A stretch of 64,000 nucleotides of DNA from Acidimicrobiaceae bacterium. Lineage in GTDB: Bacteria > Actinomycetota > Acidimicrobiia > Acidimicrobiales > RAAP-2. The stretch covers positions 48,977-112,976 of the forward strand of contig PKXJ01000011.1 in NCBI GenBank assembly GCA_003132305.1, given 5' to 3'. Under the pieces are notes generated by a model. It was not told the origin of the DNA and did no database searches. It worked only from the letters and a program-made list of their open reading frames with translations. Below are positions 8,421 to 17,918 of the stretch, piece after piece. A program made the position numbers and the translations under genes. Within the stretch, counting starts at the first letter, position 1, and every line of letters begins with the position of its first letter.

Positions 8421-9286
8421 CCGTTAGCGGGTCTATCGAACCATACGTGAACCTGACCCGTGCCAATGGAGTTTTCGTACGCTGAGTAGAGCCGGCCCGG
8501 CGCCACGCACTCGCGTCCGCCCAGGGCGGCGACCATCATCTGGTAGTGCGCGAAGCGGCCCTCCGGCTTGATCTTGAAGAACTCCGGGTAGTTGTCAATG
8601 ACGCTCGCGTGATCCCCGCGCAACCACGCGTCAATGACTTGGTGGTCGGCGACGCGTGCTTCTTCAGAGAAGATGTGCTCCTCGCCGGCGGCTTCGTGAT
8701 CTCGAAGGGTGCGCAGCGTGTGAAACGTGTGGCTGAGCGCTCCGGACGCGATGAGCACGACGCGCCGGTCGCTCTGTTCGATCGCCGAGGCGATCACCTT
8801 GCCGACGGCCTCGAAGTCTCGCGGCTCCGAGGTCTGACAGGTGCTCACCGAGAGCCAAGCCTCGTCGCCCTGCAAGAACGAGAAGAAGTTCGTGGTCGCG
8901 TACATGATGGGTAGGTGTTCGTTGTCGATCGGCGTTATCCAGCACTCGGGTGTGTCATTGGCAATCTCTCCTACGAGTTTTGCGAACGACGGATCGCCCT
9001 TCACGTCGTAGGGAACGCTCGACATTCCCCGGGGCAGTTCTTCGGAGGTGAAAAAGCCCAAGCGCCGTTCGGCCGACGTGATGACGAACTCGACGGTCGT
9101 AAACCAGTGACTGTCGAACACGATGACGAGATCGGGCTTGAGGTCGTTAAAGACCTCGTGACGGAGTTGGAGCAGTCCCGTGTAGAGGGTGCTCTCCTCA
9201 CCGTTGTTGAGTTCGCGCCGTACGTCGTCGGGCAGGACGATGGTGGGAACGTGCGCCAGGAATCCGGCGCCGACAATTTCACCCAT
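8399..9286 (-). CDS. class III (LigB-type) extradiol ring-cleavage dioxygenase, HpaD-like
   Basis: 295 aa. Blocks VIVFDSHW, FTSEELP, ASGALSH and IGTGQVH parallel E. coli homoprotocatechuate 2,3-dioxygenase HpaD (IIVFDTHW, YTSNELP, ASGSLSH, SGTGQVN). Confidence 0.8.
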   Translation of the reverse strand: MGEIVGAGFLAHVPTIVLPDDVRRELNNGEESTLYTGLLQLRHEVFNDLKPDLVIVFDSHWFTTVEFVITSAERRLGFFTSEELPRGMSSVPYDVKGDPSFAKLVGEIANDTPECWITPIDNEHLPIMYATTNFFSFLQGDEAWLSVSTCQTSEPRDFEAVGKVIASAIEQSDRRVVLIASGALSHTFHTLRTLRDHEAAGEEHIFSEEARVADHQVIDAWLRGDHASVIDNYPEFFKIKPEGRFAHYQMMVAALGGRECVAPGRLYSAYENSIGTGQVHVWFDRPANGWTGAST

Positions 9287-10745
9287 GGGTGGTGTCCTCT
9301 TTCACTTGGTACGTCTTCAAATCGCTGTAGAAGTCGAGGGCGTAGTCGCCGCCCTCGCGCCCGACACCGCTGATGCCGGTGCCGCCAAAGGGCGCCGTGA
9401 GATCACGAACGAGAAAACAGTTCACCCAGATCGTTCCCGCTCGCGCAGCGAGACCGAAACGATCCGCCTTTCGCTCGTCCGTCGTAAAGACCATCGCCGT
9501 GAGTCCGTACTCCGTAGAGTTGGCGAGCTCGATCGCTTCCGCTTCACTGTCAAAGGTTTGGAAGGTCAACACCGGCCCGAAGACTTCACGTTGGACGATC
9601 TCGGCGTTATTGTCTCGCGGCTCAATCAGCGTGGGTTCGAACCAGAGCCCGTCGTCCATCAAGCGCTCGCCGCCGTAGATGAGCGTGTCGCCCGCCTCGA
9701 GCGAACGCTGCACGAAGCCTTCGACGCGCGCGAGGTGGTCGGGGTGAATGAGTGGTGAAATGGTGGTGTCGTCGTCTCGGCTGTCCCCGAGCACGTGCTT
9801 CTCGGTCAGGTTCGTCAAGCGCTCTAGGAACTCGTCACGAATGCTCGACTCGACAATGAGTCGCGTGCCCGCGAGACAGACCTGGCCCGCGTCGTCGTAC
9901 ATCAGCGCGGCCTTTTCGGTGGCGAGGTCGAGGTCGGCGTCGGCGAAGACCACGAAGGGGCCCTTGCCCCCGAGCTCGGCGGTGAAGGGGACGAGATTTC
10001 TCGCCGCCGCGATGCCAATGCGGCGTCCGGTCTTGGGCGAGCCGGTGAAGGAGATGCGACGAACGCGAGGGTCGGCCACGAGAGCGGCGCCGGCCTCGTC
10101 GCCGATTCCCTGCACGAGGTTGAAGACGCCGGGCGGGAACTCGGCTTCCAGCACGAGGTCCATCAGTAACGAACAGCTCAGTGGAGACCACTCGGCGGGC
10201 TTGAGAATCACGGTGTTGCCCGCGGCGAGGGCTGGCGCACACTTCCACGTTGAGAGCATGAAGGGCGCGTTCCACGGCGTGATGACCACCGTCGGTCCCG
10301 CGGGCATGCGCAGCACCGTGTTATGCGTGCCGTTCGACGCCCAACGCCTCGACTCGTAGGCCTCGGCGAGATCGGCGTAGGCCCGAAAGTTGCGGGCAGC
10401 GCGGGCGATCACTCGTAGGCGAAGACTCTCTTCGAGCATCGCCATGTCGAGACACTCAACGGTGGTGATCCGCTCGATGTTCTCGTCGATGAGATCCGCC
10501 AGCCGATGGAGATAGTTGGCGCGCTGCTTCACGCTCAGTGCCGCCCACGCCGGGAAAGCAGCCTGCGCGGCGCTCACGGCCAAATCGGCGTCGAGCGCAC
10601 TGCCGCGAGCAATGTCGGCGAGTTTCAGTGACCAGTCGAGGGGTGAGCGGTCTTCGAAGGTTGAGTGCGACGAGACCCGCACGTTATTAATGAAGTGTCC
10701 CGTCGCCACCGCGACGCCACCCACGTTGGTGCGTTCTTCACTCAC
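9279..10745 (-). CDS. NAD(P)-dependent aldehyde dehydrogenase (hydroxymuconic-semialdehyde dehydrogenase-like, HpaE-like)
   Basis: 488 aa. ALDH motifs ELGGKGP and catalytic Cys region GQVCLAGTR. 8-nt overlap with the dioxygenase gene. Confidence 0.85.
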   Translation of the reverse strand: MSEERTNVGGVAVATGHFINNVRVSSHSTFEDRSPLDWSLKLADIARGSALDADLAVSAAQAAFPAWAALSVKQRANYLHRLADLIDENIERITTVECLDMAMLEESLRLRVIARAARNFRAYADLAEAYESRRWASNGTHNTVLRMPAGPTVVITPWNAPFMLSTWKCAPALAAGNTVILKPAEWSPLSCSLLMDLVLEAEFPPGVFNLVQGIGDEAGAALVADPRVRRISFTGSPKTGRRIGIAAARNLVPFTAELGGKGPFVVFADADLDLATEKAALMYDDAGQVCLAGTRLIVESSIRDEFLERLTNLTEKHVLGDSRDDDTTISPLIHPDHLARVEGFVQRSLEAGDTLIYGGERLMDDGLWFEPTLIEPRDNNAEIVQREVFGPVLTFQTFDSEAEAIELANSTEYGLTAMVFTTDERKADRFGLAARAGTIWVNCFLVRDLTAPFGGTGISGVGREGGDYALDFYSDLKTYQVKEDTTHG

Positions 10746-11635
10746 GACTCGAACCTGGGGTGAACGCGCGGGTAGGGCAGGGCGGAACGCTCCGTGGAAT
10801 GGGGGCGGCGCTGTCCACGAAACTCCCAGTCACCCCCGTAGGTCGTCGAGAGCACCTCCTCGGTGGCGGTGGGCTGCGCGCCGACCTCGTCGCTGACGGG
10901 ATCGGGCGAAGCGACGACGTGGTTGGTGAGCGCACCCAGACCTTCGACCTCGACGGTAACGACGTCACCGGGCTCCACGGGTCGCGAGTGGGCCGGGGTC
11001 CCCGAAAGAATGACGTCGCCGGGCACCAACGTGATGAGACGGGCGACGTCGGTAACGAGGTAGTGCATGTCCCACGCCATCTCGTCGGTGGAGCCGTCTT
11101 GGCGAACTTCACCATTCACCGTCGTGCGCATCGACTTGGCGTGAAAGTCCCACGCGGTGACGAGTCCGGGACCGAGTGGACAGAGGGTGTCAGCACCCTT
11201 CACGCGCAGCATCGAGCCCGCGTCGGTGTCACGAAAGTCGTGCAGACCAAAGTCGTTGGCGATGGTGTAGCCCGCGATGTAGTGGGCCGCGTCGGCCATC
11301 TTGATATTGCGCGCGGAACGGCCGATGACGATGGCGATCTCACCTTCGTAGTTCAGGTAGTGACAGTTCGCCGGGCGCACGACGGCGCCATGGTGGGCAT
11401 TGAGCGCGGAAACTGGCTTTTGAAACCAGGTTGGGGCCGGAGGGAGCTCGATGCCAAACTCGCGAACGCGCGACAAGTGATTCAGGTGACAACAGAGAAT
11501 CTTCGTGGGAGAGACGGGCGAGAGATGCGTCGCGGTCGCCGCCTCGACGCGGCGTCCGTCGCCGGCCACCAGCGCGTCACCGTCCCGCGTCACGTCGACG
11601 ACGTTGCCGTCAAGCAGAATGCGGCGATACTCCAC
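10742..11635 (-). CDS. fumarylacetoacetate hydrolase (FAH) family enzyme (HpaG-like isomerase/decarboxylase)
   Basis: 297 aa. NYEGEIAIVIG, DFRDTD..MLRVKG and GDVILSGTP are typical of the FAH fold. ATGA-type 4-nt overlap with the ALDH gene. Confidence 0.85.
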   Translation of the reverse strand: MEYRRILLDGNVVDVTRDGDALVAGDGRRVEAATATHLSPVSPTKILCCHLNHLSRVREFGIELPPAPTWFQKPVSALNAHHGAVVRPANCHYLNYEGEIAIVIGRSARNIKMADAAHYIAGYTIANDFGLHDFRDTDAGSMLRVKGADTLCPLGPGLVTAWDFHAKSMRTTVNGEVRQDGSTDEMAWDMHYLVTDVARLITLVPGDVILSGTPAHSRPVEPGDVVTVEVEGLGALTNHVVASPDPVSDEVGAQPTATEEVLSTTYGGDWEFRGQRRPHSTERSALPYPRVHPRFES

Positions 11636-11735
11636 GGAGCCTCCGGGAATCGTTTGTAGTCAAATGATTCTCTCACTTTACAAACGAGGCCGCGATTCTC
11701 GTGCTACTTTCGCCAAAGTCACCCTAGGAGGCTTC

Positions 11736-13025
11736 ATGGCCAGTTCATTCGATCGCGTAAGGGTGCTGTGGCCCGACCATTTGGGTCTCGCGCGCGGCAA
11801 GTACGTGCCCGCCAGCCTGGCCGACCGGGGCGCGCGTCACTGCACGGGCACCTGGGCTCTCGGCTACGACCGGGTCATGACCCCCGAGACCCCCGGGAGC
11901 CACTGGCGCGAAGGCTTGCCGGACTTTGACGCTACCTTCGACATGTCCGACTTACGCCCGAGCTGGGAAGCGAACACCCGAGTCGTCGTCGCCGATCTCG
12001 TTCGGAAGGGCGCGCCCTTTTCGGTCTCTCCTCGAGGCGCGCTTCGTAAGGCCGTCGCGGACTGGCGAGCGCTCGGCTACGAACCCTACGTGGGTATCGA
12101 ACTCGAGGCGTACGTCTTTGTGCCCGACGGTGGAGGCGGCTGGAAACCCATGGAGACGCCCGGCGCCTTCGTGTACGGCACCGGATCCGCCGTTGATCCC
12201 TTCGGCCTCATTGACGCCATCTGGTCGGCGTGCGCCGACGCCGAGATTCCTCTCGAGGCGGTCAACTCCGAGTACGACACGCCCCAGTTCGAGTTCACCA
12301 TTCGCTACAGCGACGCCCTTAGGGCCGCCGACGATGCTTTCCTCTTTAAGGTTCTCGCTCGCGAGGTGGCGCACCGTCTCGGTTTGATGGTCACCTTCAT
12401 GGGTAAGCCCCTGAGTGACCGCGGGGGATCGGGACTGCACGTCAACTTCTCGTTTCGAAACGCCGACGACGAGAACGTGATCAACGACGCGTCGAGCGAC
12501 GACGGTCTTTCCGCGTTCGCGAAGAACGCCATTGGCGGACTACTCGAACACCACCGCGCACTCGCGGGACTCTGTGCACCGACCGTCAACGCGTACAAGC
12601 GCCTGCGCCCGGCCTCGTTGTCGGGCTACTGGGCGAACTGGGGCTACGACCACCGCGGCGCGACGATTCGCGTACCGGGCGAACGCGGAAGCGGTGCTCG
12701 CCTCGAACATCGTCTCAGTGACGGCGCAGCCGTCGTACACACCGCGGTCGCGGCGGTGTTGCGAGCGGCGCTACTGGGCGTGAGGACGAAGGCCGATCCC
12801 GGCAAACCAGAGAGTGGCAATGGTCTCGACAGCATTGACGCCACGGTGGGCGTACCCGCCTCGCTCGCCGAAGCGCTCGACGTTCTTGAAGCCGACGGCG
12901 AGTTAGTTGAGGCGATTGGTAGTGATCTCGTGGCGCAACACGTTATGGTGAAGCGAGCCGAGTGGGACCGCTACACGGCTGCGACCACCGATTGGGAGCT
13001 TCGCGAGTACTTGCCGTTTCTTTAA
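11736..13025 (+). CDS. glutamine synthetase-like gamma-glutamyl ligase (GS family, not obviously GlnA1)
   Basis: ATG at 11736 is preceded by AGGAGG. 429 aa. GS catalytic-domain blocks (EAVNSEYDTPQFEF, GSGLHVNFS, NAYKRL, RVPG). The track ORF from 11505 adds an implausible R/S/T-rich extension. Confidence 0.8.
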   Translation: MASSFDRVRVLWPDHLGLARGKYVPASLADRGARHCTGTWALGYDRVMTPETPGSHWREGLPDFDATFDMSDLRPSWEANTRVVVADLVRKGAPFSVSPRGALRKAVADWRALGYEPYVGIELEAYVFVPDGGGGWKPMETPGAFVYGTGSAVDPFGLIDAIWSACADAEIPLEAVNSEYDTPQFEFTIRYSDALRAADDAFLFKVLAREVAHRLGLMVTFMGKPLSDRGGSGLHVNFSFRNADDENVINDASSDDGLSAFAKNAIGGLLEHHRALAGLCAPTVNAYKRLRPASLSGYWANWGYDHRGATIRVPGERGSGARLEHRLSDGAAVVHTAVAAVLRAALLGVRTKADPGKPESGNGLDSIDATVGVPASLAEALDVLEADGELVEAIGSDLVAQHVMVKRAEWDRYTAATTDWELREYLPFL

Positions 13026-14266
13026 CGCCAGGTCACACGAATGGGCAGGTTCTTGATGCCGCTGATGAAGTTCGAGCGAAGTCGCTCGGGTTCGTCGACT
13101 AGCTCGACGCTCTGCCAGCGATTCGCCAACTCTTCGAAGAGGACTCGCATCTCTAGGCGGGCCAGGTGTGCGCCAAGACAGAGGTGCGGGCTGTGCAGTC
13201 CAAAGGCCACGTGATCGTTCGGCGAACGATCGGGTTGGAACTCACCGGGGTTCGCAAAGTGGCTTTCGTCGTCGTTGGCCGAGGTGTACCAGAGCACGAC
13301 CTTGTCGCCGGCCTTGAGGGTCTTGCCGTTGAGTTCGGTGTCAACGGTAACGGTGCGACGAAAGTGCATCGTCACGGTCGTCCATCGCAGCATCTCGTCG
13401 ACGAGACTCTTTCGCTCCTCGAGAGTCATCGATGGAATCTTCGCGAAGAGCTCCGGACGTTCGATCAAGGCGAGCAGACCTCCAGTCATGGTGTAGCGCG
13501 TGGTGTCGTTACCCGCCGCGACCATGAGGGTGAAGAAGTTCATGAGCGCCAAGTCGTCGAGCGACTCGCCGTCCGCCGTGGGCTCCAGCAATGCGCTCAA
13601 GATGTCGTGCGTGGGCGTGATTCGGCGCTCTTCGAGTGCGTGGGTGGCGTACTCGAAGAGTTCGAGCGCGACGGGGGAGCGAAAGGGGAGGAGTCGGTAC
13701 TCTGAGGTGTCAACTTGATCGACGACGAACTCGGTGAAGTCCGGATCACTGTTGCCAATGAGGGCATCACCGCGCAATACGAGCCAGTCCAAGTCTTCGT
13801 CGGGCAGGCCGAGAAGTCGACCCAGCATGCGCATCGGCAGTTCGCGCGCGACGCGTTGGACGAAGTTGAATTCGCGCTCACCCTTCAACGAGTCGAGAAC
13901 CTCGATGGAGAGTTCGCGCACGGCGTCCTCGTACTCGTTGACGGTCTTAGGGGCGAAGGGACGACTAACGAGGCGACGGAGGCGGGTATGTTCCGGCGAG
14001 TCCATCTCCATCAGCGTGCGTCGCGCTTCGGTCTCTTCGGGGTCCATGTCCTCTAAACGGATACCGAGGCGGCTCGAGAAGATGTCGGTGTTGCGACTAG
14101 CGAACAAGACGTCGTCGTAGGTCGTCAGACTCCAAAATCCCCGACCACCGTCGGGCTCTTTGGTCCAATGCACGGGGTCGTTCTCGCGCAGGTAACGGAA
14201 GGTCTCTCGCGGAACGCCGTGCACGTACGTGTCGTGTGACGTGATGTCCGCTAGTGGTTCGGCCAC
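13022..14266 (-). CDS. cytochrome P450
   Basis: 414 aa. Heme-binding loop FGLHSPHLCLGAHLAR (FxxGxxxCxG), I-helix AGNDTT and the ExxR region. Its stop shares the tetranucleotide TTAA with the GS-like gene. Confidence 0.9.
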   Translation of the reverse strand: MAEPLADITSHDTYVHGVPRETFRYLRENDPVHWTKEPDGGRGFWSLTTYDDVLFASRNTDIFSSRLGIRLEDMDPEETEARRTLMEMDSPEHTRLRRLVSRPFAPKTVNEYEDAVRELSIEVLDSLKGEREFNFVQRVARELPMRMLGRLLGLPDEDLDWLVLRGDALIGNSDPDFTEFVVDQVDTSEYRLLPFRSPVALELFEYATHALEERRITPTHDILSALLEPTADGESLDDLALMNFFTLMVAAGNDTTRYTMTGGLLALIERPELFAKIPSMTLEERKSLVDEMLRWTTVTMHFRRTVTVDTELNGKTLKAGDKVVLWYTSANDDESHFANPGEFQPDRSPNDHVAFGLHSPHLCLGAHLARLEMRVLFEELANRWQSVELVDEPERLRSNFISGIKNLPIRVTWR

Positions 14267-14343
14267 GAATCCTCCCCGAGATGTTTGCTGCCAAACGATT
14301 TTTCACTACAGCATAGTTAGCGCGGTGCGCGTAACATGAGCCT

Positions 14344-15072
14344 ATGGCTCGACCGTTGATCGGCATCTCGGGACGACGCTGGCCGGCGTCGGCTCTCGGC
14401 GCGAACGTCCCGCCGGCGTTTAGCGACGTCCACTTCGATCTGCACTTCACCGACTATCCGCGCTCCGTGGCGCTCGCGGGAGGGCTCCCGGTGGAACTGA
14501 CACGCGACGCTGACGCCACGGAAATGATTGATCACCTCGACGGGCTGGTTCTCACGGGTGGTGCTGATATCGACCCGGAGAACTACGACCATTCCTACGA
14601 CGACAACCTCGGACCCCTCGAGCCCGACCGTGACGAGTGGGAGATGGCACTCCTCGCGGCCGCGCGCAAGAAGAACATTCCGGTACTGGCGATCTGTCGG
14701 GGCATGCAGCTCTTGAACGTGGTCTTTGGCGGCACGCTTCGCCAACACGTGGAACTCGTAGAGGGTGCCGGGCACCCGCAGTGGGACGTCGACGCACACG
14801 AGGCCACCCACACCGTCAACGTGGTCGAGGATACGTTGACCTCGGAACTGTTTCCGAACGAGATCGGCGTGAACTCGTTGCATCACCAAGTCGTCGACAC
14901 GGTGGGGGAGGGTCTCATCGTCTCGGCGAAGGCCCCCGACGGCGTGGTCGAGGGACTGGAAACGCCCGACGGCAGAATTGTCGCCGTGCAGTGGCACCCT
15001 GAACTGTTGAAGAAGCCCGATCCCACCTTCGTCTGGCTGGTTCGCCAAGCGAGCGAGCGGCTTCCCGCCTAA
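14344..15072 (+). CDS. gamma-glutamyl-amide hydrolase, PuuD/peptidase C26 (class I glutamine amidotransferase-like)
   Basis: 242 aa. Nucleophile elbow ICRGMQLLNV, SLHHQ and WHPE motifs. Confidence 0.85.
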   Translation: MARPLIGISGRRWPASALGANVPPAFSDVHFDLHFTDYPRSVALAGGLPVELTRDADATEMIDHLDGLVLTGGADIDPENYDHSYDDNLGPLEPDRDEWEMALLAAARKKNIPVLAICRGMQLLNVVFGGTLRQHVELVEGAGHPQWDVDAHEATHTVNVVEDTLTSELFPNEIGVNSLHHQVVDTVGEGLIVSAKAPDGVVEGLETPDGRIVAVQWHPELLKKPDPTFVWLVRQASERLPA

Positions 15073-15440
15073 CAGCGAGTGTTCTATTTCCTCCTCCGAT
15101 GAGTTCCGAGCGTTGTCACACCCTGCAGGTACCGTCAGTATTGGATTCACGGTGCCGCGGCGAAGTGAATCCTGCACCGCGAAGCACGCGGGAAGAGCCG
15201 TTCGCCACCCGTACGAGCCTCGAAAGAGGTAGGGCCCTGGGACGGCACCGGCAGTGTTGGTCCGAGTGGGCCAGTATCCGGACGGTGAGCAAGTACCGGC
15301 TGTTCAGTCGGTCAAGGCGAAGCGGTGTGTCGAAATAGGACACGCGCTGTAAGAGGTACTTGACGCCAGTTGCTTGAACCCTTACGGTTTAGCGAATGGC
15401 GCCGTGAGACGAGTTCTCATTCAAGTACGCAGGGGAAGAC

Positions 15441-16934
15441 ATGGCAACGGATGAGTCAACAAAAACGTCGCTAGGCGGCAAACGAAAGCTCACCCTGATC
15501 GACACCATCGCGCAGTCCGTCGGACTGATGGGTCCGGTGTTTTCGATTGCGTTCCTCGTGCCGTTGATCGTTGGCCTCACCGCCGCGACCGGTACCGGCG
15601 CGGGTAACGCGGCGTCGCTCGCGGTCCTCATCGCGGCGATCGGCGTGACGGGCCTCGGATGGATTGTGGCCGAGTACACCCGCAAGATTCAAGCCGCGGG
15701 TTCCTTGTACGACTACGTCACCGACGGCCTTGGCGGGCGAGTGGGTACCGCGGCGGGGTGGCTCTACTACGTGGGGATGTTGGCACTGGGCGCCGGCATC
15801 TTGCCCATGATTGGCGGCACCATTCACGACACCATTGTGAGTGAGTTCAGTCGCGCACCGTTTGGCTACCTCGTGTGGGATCTCATCCTCTTGGTTCTGG
15901 TGGGGACGATTATCTACTTGGGCGTCGCCCTTTCGACGCGCGTGCAACTGACGCTGGCGATGATCTCGGTCTCCGTCGTGCTCGTCTTTTCGATCTACGT
16001 CATCGTCAAGAGCGGGGGAGTGCACCACCTCGGGACTGGCTTCTCGGTGAGCAGTTCTCCCACGCACTGGAAGGGTGTCTTCTTCGGCGTCCTCTACGGC
16101 GTCTTGCTCTTCACCGGTTTTGAGACGTCGGCCAATCTGGCCGAAGAGACGAATCGTCCCGAAAAGAACATTCCGCGCGCCGTGTTGACGTCGGTGCTGG
16201 TCATCGGGGGCTTCTACATCATCGGATCGTTCGCGCAGGTTTCTGGATTCCACTTCAATCTGAGCGCGTTGGGTAAGAACGCCGGCGCGCCCCTCTTCAC
16301 GTTGGCGGGACCTAAGGCCACGGGAGGTTTCGCGGGCGTGGGGATTCGTCGACTCGTCGAGCTCGTCGTGATCTTTGACATGATCGCGGTACTCATTGGC
16401 TGCGCGGTCTCCGCCTCGCGCGGAATCTTCGCACTCGCAAGAGACCAACGCATGCCCAAGTCGCTCACCAAGATCTCACGACACGGGACACCGTCGGGAG
16501 CGAGCGGTTTCGTGATCTTCGTCTACGCCGTCGTCATCGCGTTGGTGACCTGGACCACAGTCTTTGCCATTCCCACGAGTCCGCCGCACGGACTGCCGGA
16601 GTACGTGTCGATGTTCTCGTGGATGTCGACCTTTGGCGGCTTCGCCATTGCGGTTATCTACCTGTTCATTGCCGTGGGTGCTCTTCGCGGACTGCGCTCG
16701 AGTGGCAAGTCCTGGCAGCTCTACCTCGCGTGTCTGGTCGGAGGACTGGTCACGATCGCCGCCATCTACGGCGCGATCTACAAGGTGACCGCGCCCACCG
16801 TGTGGGCTCCCTACGCGGGCGTCGCGCTCTTGATCATCGGTCTGGTCGTGGCGGGACTGATGCCCAAGGCCCCACGAGGCACCGCGGACTTCTCGGGTCT
16901 CTCGGAAGCAGAGCAAGGGCCACTGAAGGTGTAG
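15441..16934 (+). CDS. APC-family permease
   Basis: 497 aa polytopic membrane protein. FTGFETSANLAEETNRPEKNIPRA is the APC signature region. Preceded by a 368-nt non-coding leader. Confidence 0.85.
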   Translation: MATDESTKTSLGGKRKLTLIDTIAQSVGLMGPVFSIAFLVPLIVGLTAATGTGAGNAASLAVLIAAIGVTGLGWIVAEYTRKIQAAGSLYDYVTDGLGGRVGTAAGWLYYVGMLALGAGILPMIGGTIHDTIVSEFSRAPFGYLVWDLILLVLVGTIIYLGVALSTRVQLTLAMISVSVVLVFSIYVIVKSGGVHHLGTGFSVSSSPTHWKGVFFGVLYGVLLFTGFETSANLAEETNRPEKNIPRAVLTSVLVIGGFYIIGSFAQVSGFHFNLSALGKNAGAPLFTLAGPKATGGFAGVGIRRLVELVVIFDMIAVLIGCAVSASRGIFALARDQRMPKSLTKISRHGTPSGASGFVIFVYAVVIALVTWTTVFAIPTSPPHGLPEYVSMFSWMSTFGGFAIAVIYLFIAVGALRGLRSSGKSWQLYLACLVGGLVTIAAIYGAIYKVTAPTVWAPYAGVALLIIGLVVAGLMPKAPRGTADFSGLSEAEQGPLKV

Positions 16935-16987
16935 CCGTCACTTCGCGACGGGCCCGAATCGCGCGAAACGCGGTACGCGATGTTTGG

Positions 16988-17347
16988 TTAGTGGGCGAGT
17001 GCCATGCCGAGGGCAAACAGACCGGCACACGTCAGTGGGGTAGTGATGATGAGCGCGAGGGAGAAACCCAGGTGATGTTCGCGCTGCAAGATCGCCGGTA
17101 TGGCGAAGGCGGAAGAGAAGGTGGTCAGTCCCCCACAGAATCCGGTGAGAACGACGTCACGCAGATGAACGTCCGCTGAGCCCACGAGTCGATAGGCCGC
17201 GTACCCCGCGACGCCACAGCCCACGGCGTTCGCCGCGACGGTCGCCCAGGGTCGTTTGGTTGGATGGTGGCGGCGAACGGAGTACTCGAGCAGGTAGCGA
17301 ACGACGCAGCCCAACGCGCCAAAGAGGCAAACCCAGAGGAGCGTCAT
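16988..17347 (-). CDS. crcB: fluoride channel CrcB/FluC (subunit 2 of a tandem pair)
   Basis: 119 aa, 4 TM. GFCGGLTTFSSF-type motif (GFCGGLTTFSSAF). Start ATG overlaps the upstream crcB stop (ATGA at 17344-17347). Confidence 0.85.
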   Translation of the reverse strand: MTLLWVCLFGALGCVVRYLLEYSVRRHHPTKRPWATVAANAVGCGVAGYAAYRLVGSADVHLRDVVLTGFCGGLTTFSSAFAIPAILQREHHLGFSLALIITTPLTCAGLFALGMALAH

Positions 17348-17772
17348 CGACGGTGCCACCTCAGTCCGAGCCATCCAGCGAGAACACCGCTCAGGATGGC
17401 CCCTAGAGCCACGGCAACACACCAACCAATACTCAGGTGCCAGATTGCCGCGAGATCGACAAAGAGGCCCGAATAGGACGTCAGCCCTCCGAAGAATCCG
17501 GTGATGACCAGCACTCGAGTCAAGTCGTTGGGATCGTGATGGCGCAGCGGACCGCGCAAGAGGCGCGTCGCGAGGAAAACACCTACGAAATTGACTCCCA
17601 GCAACACCCACGGGATCTCCTGGGGCCACGTCACGTAGCTCGAGGTCGCCGACGAAAAGTGTTCGAGCCCGGTTACACGATCGCGAAGCAACGTGCCAAC
17701 GAATCCACCAGCCGCCGCAGATGACAATGCCATTACAAATTCGCGCGGCTTCAGTGTGACGTTCGCGTGCAT
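17344..17772 (-). CDS. crcB: fluoride channel CrcB/FluC (subunit 1 of a tandem pair)
   Basis: GFFGGLTSYSG motif, 4 TM. The start could instead be the internal ATG at 17733 (MALSSAAAGG...). Confidence 0.8.
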   Translation of the reverse strand: MHANVTLKPREFVMALSSAAAGGFVGTLLRDRVTGLEHFSSATSSYVTWPQEIPWVLLGVNFVGVFLATRLLRGPLRHHDPNDLTRVLVITGFFGGLTSYSGLFVDLAAIWHLSIGWCVAVALGAILSGVLAGWLGLRWHRR

Positions 17773-17884
17773 GGGGTACTACGAAACTACCGAACGGCCC
17801 TTGTACACCAGGGCATTGAACGAAAACGGACGTCGTTGTGCGATGACAATCTTTACTTTCTAGGTTGACATAACGAACATTATC

Positions 17885-17918
17885 GGCGATATACAGGTTA
17901 GTTCCTGATATAGTCGCC
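17885..17918. promoter_or_regulatory. 13-bp-arm imperfect inverted repeat (candidate operator) overlapping a sigma70-like promoter
   Basis: GGCGATATACAGG-ttagtt-CCTGATATAGTCGCC (two 1-nt bulges). It lies in the AT-richer divergent region between crcB and the 17922 gene. TTGACA at 17865-17870 and TATACA at 17890-17895 (19-nt spacing) could be -35/-10 for the + strand. Confidence 0.35.

Noticed and set aside
15073-15440. Cobalamin or ydaO (c-di-AMP) riboswitch assignment for the permease leader
   Set aside because: Isolated similar strings (GUGAAUCC, GGUAGGGC, GCCACC) occur. Their order is wrong for ydaO, and the AGGGAA...GCCACUG...GAGCCAGGAGACCUGCC series of cobalamin elements is missing. The region is kept only as an unclassified leader.
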